A stretch of DNA of 12,689 bases from Bacteroidia bacterium. GTDB taxonomy: Bacteria > Bacteroidota > Bacteroidia > Bacteroidales > VadinHA17. The stretch lies in contig JAPLDX010000093.1 of assembly GCA_026391215.1 (NCBI GenBank), positions 1 to 12,689 on the forward strand. The letters run 5' to 3'. Positions within the stretch are counted from its first letter, which is position 1. The number at the start of each line of letters is the position of its first letter. Made by a program: the position numbers and the translations under genes. The notes beneath the pieces were generated by a model, which was not told the DNA's origin, made no database searches, and was given only the letters and a program-made list of their open reading frames with translations. This document shows, in pieces, positions 5,879 through 12,689 of this stretch.

Positions 5879-6022
5879 ATTAATTTATTTGTTTAATGTA
5901 ATCCGAATTTACACTCCCGTCCCGGCAGCCACAAAACAGAATACCCGGCTAACAACAAGCTGCCTGCCCGTTTATTGCGATGCTCCCGCCAGAAGAATTC
6001 CCCCGGAAATTGCGTTGCAGAA

Positions 6023-6054
6023 CAAAGGTAGGAAACGTAGCAATTAAAGTCAAA
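6023..6054 (-). promoter_or_regulatory. Bacteroidota promoter TTTG-N20-TACCTTTG for the MBL hydrolase gene
   Basis: On the minus strand: TTTG (6054-6051), a 20-nt spacer, then TACCTTTG (6030-6023). Confidence 0.75.
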
Positions 6055-6097
6055 TAAATAATATGGCGTCAGGCGACCGGCAAAGGATGGGTTGAAA

Positions 6098-6172
6098 GTG
6101 TGATCGTTCGATCGTTTGATCGTTTGAGCGTTTGAGCGTTCTACCTTCATACCTTCGAACCTTCGAACCTTC
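6098..6172 (+). repeat. Bipartite octamer array, copy 3 (no adjacent ORF6N gene)
   Basis: gtgtgatc gttcgatc gtttgatc gtttgagc gtttgagc gttctacc ttcatacc ttcgaacc ttcgaacc ttc. Same orientation and A-hinge-B order as copies 1 and 2. Confidence 0.9.
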
Positions 6173-6298
6173 TTCCGTTGCGCCTTTCTTTACTGACAGA
6201 TATACTATGGTTTTTTGCCAGGGCCAGCCATTCCGGGCTTTCAGACTTTAGACCAGAAAATACCTTTGAATAAACGTGATTGAGTCAAAACATTTATT

Positions 6299-6306
6299 TA
6301 ACTTTG
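6299..6306 (+). promoter_or_regulatory. -7 box TAACTTTG immediately before the ATG at 6311 (possible leaderless transcript)
   Basis: TAnnTTTG ends 4 nt before the start codon. A second TACCTTTG lies at 6261-6268. Confidence 0.5.
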
Positions 6307-6310
6307 TTTT

Positions 6311-6724
6311 ATGGAAAACTGTAAAGAAGATACCAGCCAGAATTTCGAGACTTTATTTTTCCTGATTCTATTCTCGCTTTTTGTATTTGCTTCTTCACGT
6401 AATCCGGATAGTAATACTTCATCTTCAGCAAAATTCCCTTCACAAAATAACCTGGTATCTGGAGATATTTCAAGTCAACGCAATGCCATTATATTACCCT
6501 CTGTTGGTTTACCGGATCTTCAAAAATATTGTGAATGTGCTCTCCGCAATACCAGCCTTAATCCATTTTCAATCCAAAATAGAATATCGGACTACAACCG
6601 CAGAATAACTCAAAGTTTTATTCTAATTCAAAAAACAAGGCTTTCAATAGAACCTGTTCTTCCCTGGAGGTTATATTATCATCTTCCTTTAAACGAAGAT
6701 GATAACCTGCCGGTTTTAAGTTAA
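6311..6724 (+). CDS. Hypothetical protein with an N-terminal hydrophobic segment
   Basis: 137-aa ORF with the segment LFFLILFSLFVFA, a promoter box upstream, and the same orientation as the next gene. No family recognised. Confidence 0.6.
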   Translation: MENCKEDTSQNFETLFFLILFSLFVFASSRNPDSNTSSSAKFPSQNNLVSGDISSQRNAIILPSVGLPDLQKYCECALRNTSLNPFSIQNRISDYNRRITQSFILIQKTRLSIEPVLPWRLYYHLPLNEDDNLPVLS

Positions 6725-6796
6725 ATTTTTATCAGGTTTATTTTCCCCCTTCCCTTACCAGGGAGGTGATTATTCTTTAACTTAAAACTTATTATT

Positions 6797-7807
6797 ATGA
6801 AAACAAATTTTATTATTGTTGCCATCATTATTGCAGCATTTTCGTCCGGAGGATGTACGACGAAAGAAAACTTTGATTATAAAGTTACAGTTGTACCTGA
6901 ATCAAAAAGTTCTGTTATAATACCAAATGATATGAATACAGCCGCTGAGATAATTAGCAAGAGGCTGAATAACTCTTTTGGTATCCCGCAAGAAAGTATG
7001 AAACTTGATGTTACTGAGAATCAAATTTCATTGACTATATCAAAAGTTGATACCAGTAAAATAGCCTCGATTAAAGAAATAATAACCGGCTACGTCAGAA
7101 TGGAATTCTGGGAAACATATGAGAACGCGGAAATCATGGGATATCTGTCGAAAGCAAACGATTTACTGAGAGAAATGAAGACTGTTGCTGATGTTAAAAA
7201 TGCTAATACGCAGAATGAATTTATCGCTCAGAATCCATTGCTTGGAATACTAAAACCCAGGATAACTGATCAGGGTGAACCAATACCTTCATGTATGATA
7301 GGGCTTGCCAGCGGAACAGATACTGCAAAAGTTAACAGATATTTGCAAATGCCAGAGATAAAAGCTTTGTTGCCTCGCGAACTTAAGTTAATCTGGAGTC
7401 TGAATCCGTATAAATATGATCCTTCAACAACATTATATGAACTCCATGCAATCAAAGTGACAACTCAGGATGGGAAAGCTCCTCTTGACGGGAGTGTAAT
7501 TATTTCTGCTAAACCAATTACAGGACCTTCTGAATCAGATATTAAAATCGATTTAGCGATGAGTGCTGAAGGGGCCGGCAAGTGGGCAGGAATAACTCGA
7601 GAAAATGTTAACCGATGCATCGCAATTGTTCTTAACGGCTATGTCAGATCCTACCCCAGGGTCATGAATGAAATTTCCGGAGGAAGTACCGAAATCACAG
7701 GAGATTTTACAGCTGAAGAAGCAAATGATCTTGCCAGCATTCTTAATTCAGGGAGTTTGCCATTTGAACTTAAAATCGTTGAAGAACAAATTATAAAAAG
7801 GCAATAA
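6797..7807 (+). CDS. Lipoprotein made of a SecD/SecDF P1 periplasmic (base + head) domain only
   Basis: EFWETYEN, YELHAIK, APLDGSVI and MSAEGAGKWAGIT...IAIVLNGYVRSYPRVMNEISGGSTEITGDFTAEEANDLASILNSGSLPFELKIVEEQ match the SecD P1 pattern. Signal peptide ending in SSGGC. No transmembrane domain follows. Confidence 0.82.
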   Translation: MKTNFIIVAIIIAAFSSGGCTTKENFDYKVTVVPESKSSVIIPNDMNTAAEIISKRLNNSFGIPQESMKLDVTENQISLTISKVDTSKIASIKEIITGYVRMEFWETYENAEIMGYLSKANDLLREMKTVADVKNANTQNEFIAQNPLLGILKPRITDQGEPIPSCMIGLASGTDTAKVNRYLQMPEIKALLPRELKLIWSLNPYKYDPSTTLYELHAIKVTTQDGKAPLDGSVIISAKPITGPSESDIKIDLAMSAEGAGKWAGITRENVNRCIAIVLNGYVRSYPRVMNEISGGSTEITGDFTAEEANDLASILNSGSLPFELKIVEEQIIKRQ

Positions 7808-7897
7808 ATTCCAGGCAGCAGATGGATTAGAAAAATGGTCAGGCATGTATCTGATCAGATGGTTGTGAGGTAAACAGCCGGAAAACCTTAATTATGT

Positions 7898-8070
7898 TTA
7901 TTCATGCTTCAGGGAATCAACAGGATTCCCTGAGGCTGCTTTATGCGATTGATAACCTGTCGATAAAATCGCAATTAATACAGATAAAATTCCTCCTGCA
8001 ATAAAAGATAAAACACCAATGTTAGTTTTATATGCAAAATTATTCAACCGCCAGTTTAAAATTATACACG
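7898..8070 (-). pseudogene. C-terminal remnant of a MacB/FtsX-type ABC permease
   Basis: LNNFAYKTNIG...FIAGGILSVLIAILSTGYQSHKAASGNPVDSLKHE parallels the C-terminus of 8294-10684 (WLKFLAF...SQTIKAANSNPIDILKYE). The rest of the gene is missing. Confidence 0.8.
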
Positions 8071-8293
8071 AAAGCAGCAAAACAAATTGTCTGTTTAATA
8101 TCTGGTAAAGCAACCTGATCTGATAATCAATAACAAACGAAATAAATGATATGCAGCAATTGTATTAACATGCCGTCTTTAAAACAAAGGTTACAGGCTG
8201 GAAGAATGTAACTCACGATTATTTTAATCGTCAAAAAACATAGAGGAAGAGGTGAATTTTCATTTAACATTAAAACATTAAAACCTCATTACC

Positions 8294-10684
8294 ATGATCA
8301 AAAGTTACTTTCTTACAGCGTTCAGGAATATATTGAAACACAGGAACTTTTCAATAATCAATATTTTCGGACTATCAATAAGTCTGGCCGTATGCATGCT
8401 TATTATTTTAGTAGTCCAGGATCAGCTTTCTTATGATAACTTTCATAAGAATCGCGACCGCATTTTCAGAATTCAATCGAAAGATAATCTTAGCAAAATA
8501 GCCATAAGCAAATATGCAACAACCACCTGGCCCCTTGCAAAGGAGTTAAAAGATAATTATCCTTTCACGGAGGATGTTGTTGCTTTGTATAACAATTTTA
8601 ATGGTGAAGGTATCTGCGATGAAAAAAGATTTCAGGTTTCAGGTTTTTTTGCAACACCTTCGTTTTTCAATCTTTTTGATTTCAAACTAAATAACAACCT
8701 GGCATCAAATCCCCTTGATGAACCTAATTCTATAGTTTTAACAGAGGAGGTGGCAAATAAGTTTTTTGGTGAAAATGACCCTGTCGGGAAAGTAATAATT
8801 TTCGAGAGATATGGTAACTTAAAAGTAACCGGTGTCATTCCCAAAATGGAGCAAAAATCTCATATTCAATTCGAAGCCCTGATATCATCTGCAACGCTGC
8901 CGGTTCTGGAAAAAGAGGATAAGATGGCCGATATTACTGATAACTGGGAAGAATTTGGTTCAAGCTTTGTTTACATATTGCTTAATGAAAATGCCAGGCA
9001 AAGTGATCTTGACTCTGCACTGGTAAATATAGGGAAACTAAAATATCCTGAAAACGGGAAGGTAAATATCTCATTTTACAGCACTCCGATTTCGAAGATC
9101 GTTCCTGGACCATTGCTTGCAAACGAAAACGGTGTGTTCCTGCCGAAGGCATTTGTAATCTTCTTTGCAGGACTTGCTATTGTGATTATGCTTTCGGCAG
9201 CATTCAATTACACAAGCCTTTCAATTGCACGATCTCTAATGAGGGCAAAAGAATACGGAATACGAAAATCCTTTGGAGCGTCAAGAGGTCAGCTTGTCTC
9301 ACAGATCCTGACAGAAGCAGTTATCCTTGCATTGATCTCGCTTTTCTTTGCATTTATAATTCTTCAATTACTTGTTCCTGCATTTTGCGGAATGAAGTTT
9401 ATGACAGCTTTGAAAATTGATCCGCATCAGAATCTTACAAGTTACCTGGCCTACTTCATTTTTGCCCTTGCCACCGGGTTACTTGCCGGTCTGATCCCTG
9501 CCATATATGTATCATCCATAAATCCGGTTAAAGTATTTAAAGCCTCTTCAAACATCAGGTTATTGAAGAGAGTTACCTTCAGGAAGATACTGCTTGTGGC
9601 CCAGTACACATTCTCTATTATTTTCATAATATCAATTATTTTATTATACAGACAGATGAGCTTTATGTTAAACAGTGAGCTGGGGTTTGACAAGGATGTT
9701 GTCTATGACATCCGGCTTAATGGCCAGCAGTTCTCCAAGGTTAAGGATCAATTCAGCCAGTTGCCGGAGGTTGCCTCAATTTCGGCAGGATCTCATATTC
9801 CGGGAATTGGCAATTATTGGGGTACTAACGTAAAAATCAAGCCGGAAGATGAATCATACGATGCTGCCTATTTTTCTGTCGATCCAAACTACCTCAGTAC
9901 TATGGGGATAAAGATTATTGCCGGTGAAGATTTTCCAAAAGATCCCGTCCCGAATACCAGTTTAGTGGTTATAAACAGAAAGGCAGTTGATTATTTTAAA
10001 TTTAAATCCTTGCAAGATGCAGTAGGCCAAACCATATTAATTTATGATACTGTGCCAGTCAGGGTCATAGGTGTGGTTGAGAATTATAAATATGTTGCGC
10101 TGTTTCTGCCTCTTAAACCGCTTATCCTGAGGATGAATCCTGAGCAATACAGAATCGCAGTTCTCAGGATCAATTCACAGGACAGGGAAGCCACCCTGGC
10201 TAAATTTAAGAGTGTCTGGACTTCAATTGATCCATATCATGATCTTGGGGGCTCATTCCTTGAGTTTGAAATAAAGGATTACTATGGCCTGTTTGGAGAT
10301 GTTTTATATACAGTCGGCTTTGCGACAATACTGGCAATTGTTGTAGCATGTCTTGGACTTTTTGGAATGGCAACTTACAGCATTCAGACAAGACTGAAGG
10401 AAGTTGGAGTCAGAAAGGTTTTTGGTTCACAATCACAAAGTGTTGCACTGCTCATCGGCAGGTCATTTATTATAATGCTGATAATTGCTGCTGTTATAGC
10501 TGCTCCGCTTGCATATTTAATAAATTCAGCCTGGCTTAAGTTTCTTGCTTTCCATGTTACATTTGGCGCAGGCACTCTCTTCACCGGTATTATAATTGTG
10601 TTTATAACAGGCATTCTGACAGTTCTTTCTCAAACCATTAAAGCGGCTAACTCAAATCCTATCGATATTTTAAAATATGAGTAG
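8294..10684 (+). CDS. ABC transporter permease, MacB/FtsX family (duplicated periplasmic + FtsX architecture)
   Basis: FSIINIFGLSISLA, SYDNFH, RAKEYGIRKSFGA, RLKEVGVRKVFGS and NPIDILKYE. About 800 aa with two transmembrane clusters. Confidence 0.93.
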   Translation: MIKSYFLTAFRNILKHRNFSIINIFGLSISLAVCMLIILVVQDQLSYDNFHKNRDRIFRIQSKDNLSKIAISKYATTTWPLAKELKDNYPFTEDVVALYNNFNGEGICDEKRFQVSGFFATPSFFNLFDFKLNNNLASNPLDEPNSIVLTEEVANKFFGENDPVGKVIIFERYGNLKVTGVIPKMEQKSHIQFEALISSATLPVLEKEDKMADITDNWEEFGSSFVYILLNENARQSDLDSALVNIGKLKYPENGKVNISFYSTPISKIVPGPLLANENGVFLPKAFVIFFAGLAIVIMLSAAFNYTSLSIARSLMRAKEYGIRKSFGASRGQLVSQILTEAVILALISLFFAFIILQLLVPAFCGMKFMTALKIDPHQNLTSYLAYFIFALATGLLAGLIPAIYVSSINPVKVFKASSNIRLLKRVTFRKILLVAQYTFSIIFIISIILLYRQMSFMLNSELGFDKDVVYDIRLNGQQFSKVKDQFSQLPEVASISAGSHIPGIGNYWGTNVKIKPEDESYDAAYFSVDPNYLSTMGIKIIAGEDFPKDPVPNTSLVVINRKAVDYFKFKSLQDAVGQTILIYDTVPVRVIGVVENYKYVALFLPLKPLILRMNPEQYRIAVLRINSQDREATLAKFKSVWTSIDPYHDLGGSFLEFEIKDYYGLFGDVLYTVGFATILAIVVACLGLFGMATYSIQTRLKEVGVRKVFGSQSQSVALLIGRSFIIMLIIAAVIAAPLAYLINSAWLKFLAFHVTFGAGTLFTGIIIVFITGILTVLSQTIKAANSNPIDILKYE

Positions 10685-10730
10685 GAAGCGTTGAGTTGTT
10701 TGACACAAAAGTGACAAAAGCGAAGTTTTT

Positions 10731-11747
10731 CTAATTTGTCAGGGGGGGCTTATCTTCTGAAATAAACTTGGAATCAACCCAATAGATGGAAGAGTTACCG
10801 TTCCCCGGCTTGTTAAACATTTCTTTCAAAAGTGAAAAGGTCAGTTCCTCAGGCCATTTTTCCTTCTCAGGTATCCTTGAGGACATGAAGAAAAAGTACT
10901 TACCGTCGGGTGACACGTATGGTGAAAATTCAAGACCGCTTACTGTATTTATTTTATTCCCCATGTTAATGGGTTCGGTCCATGTATCGTCAGGATTCCG
11001 GTATACCAGGTAATAATCAGTACTTCCAAAAGTATCTTTTCTTCCATTCACCGGGACTATTAAATACTTTTCGTCAGGATCAATAAAAGCATTATACTGA
11101 GTCAGCCCGGAGTTTACCTGAGGTGGAAGCTTTTCAGGTTCCTGATATTTTCCGTCAATCAATTTAGAACGAAAAATATAATTTACGCGGCTTTCATTTT
11201 CAGATCTCGTAAAATAAAGAGTACCTTCTTTTGTAACAGAAGGGAAGAATTCTGAAGATTGAGAATTGACAGGTTCACCAAGATTATAAGGTTCACTCCA
11301 TTCATTACCATTTCTATCCATCACCCATATATCCTCATCTCCTGCAGTTTCATTCCCTGCCAGATCAGGCCGGTTTGAAAGAAAAAAGAACTTTTTCCCA
11401 TCAGGAGATATGCAAGGTTCCAGATTCATGTATTGGGGATCCCTCATATGTTCCATCACTTCAGGCTGAGTCCACTTGCCATTTATCTCTTTGGTTACCA
11501 GGATAGTAGCAAAGGTATAATTAGCGAGGGAAATGCAAAAATAGATCTCCTTGCCATCAGGTGTCATGGCTATATCGCGCGTAAACATACCTGTTGAGAC
11601 AATTCCCGGGGCAAAGACTTCCGGTACATCTCCCGGCGTTTTCTGGCCTATATATGCGTTAACTGGAACTAAGGATTCCTCTTGTGGAGAACTTGTGCAT
11701 CCTGCAATTAATAACAATAGTGACACAAAGATTAAATTCTTCTTCAT
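10731..11747 (-). CDS. PD40 (TolB-like beta-propeller) repeat lipoprotein
   Basis: Repeated MTPDGKEIYF, ISPDGKKFFFLSNR, VSPDGKYFFFMSSR and WSEPYNLGEPVNS motifs. Lipobox IAGC. Confidence 0.88.
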   Translation of the reverse strand: MKKNLIFVSLLLLIAGCTSSPQEESLVPVNAYIGQKTPGDVPEVFAPGIVSTGMFTRDIAMTPDGKEIYFCISLANYTFATILVTKEINGKWTQPEVMEHMRDPQYMNLEPCISPDGKKFFFLSNRPDLAGNETAGDEDIWVMDRNGNEWSEPYNLGEPVNSQSSEFFPSVTKEGTLYFTRSENESRVNYIFRSKLIDGKYQEPEKLPPQVNSGLTQYNAFIDPDEKYLIVPVNGRKDTFGSTDYYLVYRNPDDTWTEPINMGNKINTVSGLEFSPYVSPDGKYFFFMSSRIPEKEKWPEELTFSLLKEMFNKPGNGNSSIYWVDSKFISEDKPPLTN

Positions 11748-11831
11748 TTTGCGTTTGTTATTGCTTATCAGATAAGTTAACTTTATTTGATATATTTAAT
11801 AAAAATAATCAATTATATTTAAGCAGACAAT

Positions 11832-12689
11832 ATGATCTCAAAATCCTCATTCCTTTTTTGTTTCTTTTTTATCCCTTTTCTTTTTGGCTCAAACCAAATC
11901 AATTCTCAGGATAGGAACTGGACTCACTTCAGGGGAAGCAATCTGAACAGTATAGCAGTAACTGATAGTATACCGCTGAAATGGGATGAATCCAATATAA
12001 AATGGAAAACTCAAATTCATGACAATGGCTATTCTTCGCCTGTTGTTTATGACAACCAGATATGGGTAACTACAGCAAAACCTGATGGGAAGGAGCTTTA
12101 TGCTGTTTGCATCAATTTTCAAACAGGGGAAATAATTTATGACATAAAGGTTTTTACTCCCGGTGAAGTTGAAGGGAAGCACTCTTTAAATACTTATGCC
12201 TCTCCTACCCCATGTATCGAAGAGGGCTTTGTATATGTTCATTACGGAAGCATTGGTACAGCCTGCATAAATACTACAAATGGTTTAATTGTGTGGAAAC
12301 GTGCTGATTTCAAATGTAAGCACATCCAGGGTCCGGCATCATCTCCTGTAATTTATAAAAACCTTATTATTCTTCACTTCGAAGGCACTGATGTCAGGTA
12401 TATAGTTGCTCTCGATAAATCGAACGGAAAGCTGATCTGGAGGAGTGACAGACCTGCAGAGCCTTATGAACCATTATCAGAAATCGGCAGAAAAGCATAT
12501 ATAACCCCAATAATAATAAATGTAAAAGGACGCAATATGTTGATCTCCAACGGTTCCGCCGTCTCTATAGCTTACGATCCCAATACCGGCAAGGAAATAT
12601 GGAGAGTGGTGGATGGTGCCGAATCGACAGTGGCTATGCCCTTTACAGAAAAAGGAGTATTATTCTGGTACACCGGATATATGGTTGCC
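11832..12689 (+). CDS. PQQ-binding-like beta-propeller repeat protein (BamB-like), secreted; runs off the right window edge
   Basis: Not in the ORF track. Hand translation: MISKSSFLFCFFFIPFLFGSNQINSQDRNWTHFRGSNLN...PLKWDESNIKWKTQIHDNGYSSPVVYDNQIWVTTA...NTYASPTP...GPASSPVIYKN...ALDKSNGKLIWR. Confidence 0.88.
   Translation, partial: MISKSSFLFCFFFIPFLFGSNQINSQDRNWTHFRGSNLNSIAVTDSIPLKWDESNIKWKTQIHDNGYSSPVVYDNQIWVTTAKPDGKELYAVCINFQTGEIIYDIKVFTPGEVEGKHSLNTYASPTPCIEEGFVYVHYGSIGTACINTTNGLIVWKRADFKCKHIQGPASSPVIYKNLIILHFEGTDVRYIVALDKSNGKLIWRSDRPAEPYEPLSEIGRKAYITPIIINVKGRNMLISNGSAVSIAYDPNTGKEIWRVVDGAESTVAMPFTEKGVLFWYTGYMVA

Noticed and set aside
6797-7807. Assigning the gene symbol secD
   Set aside because: It lacks all SecD transmembrane segments, so it cannot be the canonical translocase subunit.
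10699-10719. TTTGACACAAAAGTGACAAA as a third ORF6N-type palindrome
   Set aside because: The spacer is one base shorter and the arms mismatch. Its position between convergent genes fits a weak terminator or chance.
251-12182. Remaining short track ORFs (251, 1222, 5841, 6381, 7270, 8632, 9451, 10206, 10348, 10384, 10786, 11551, 11684, 11889)
   Set aside because: All overlap better-supported genes on the opposite strand or in another frame, and none shows a recognisable motif.

Overview
AT-rich chromosomal segment, probably from a Bacteroidota (Bacteroidales-like) organism, judged from TAnnTTTG promoter boxes, A/T-rich translation starts, a Bacteroidota-type SecDF domain and a MacB-type permease. 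The flanks hold ordinary enzymes and envelope proteins: an NAD(P)H oxidoreductase, an amidohydrolase lipoprotein, a cysteine hydrolase, an MBL-fold lactonase-like lipoprotein, a stand-alone SecD P1-domain lipoprotein, an ABC permease plus an inverted remnant, and PD40 and PQQ-type beta-propellers. The most unusual part is a segment of about 2.5 kb (about 1800-4295) that interrupts a run of minus-strand hydrolase genes. It has no recombinase but holds two ORF6N-domain paralogs, each enclosed by its own pair of direct repeats built from degenerate octamer arrays. One repeat family is quasi-self-complementary and the other contains perfect G-quadruplex motifs. Each ORF6N gene also carries an internal DNA palindrome that covaries between the paralogs, and one palindrome is echoed just upstream of its own start codon. 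Between the two modules lies a 56-aa ORF, absent from the ORF track, with a structured leader flanked by an 11-bp direct repeat. All family calls come from motif recognition by eye; no searches were run.
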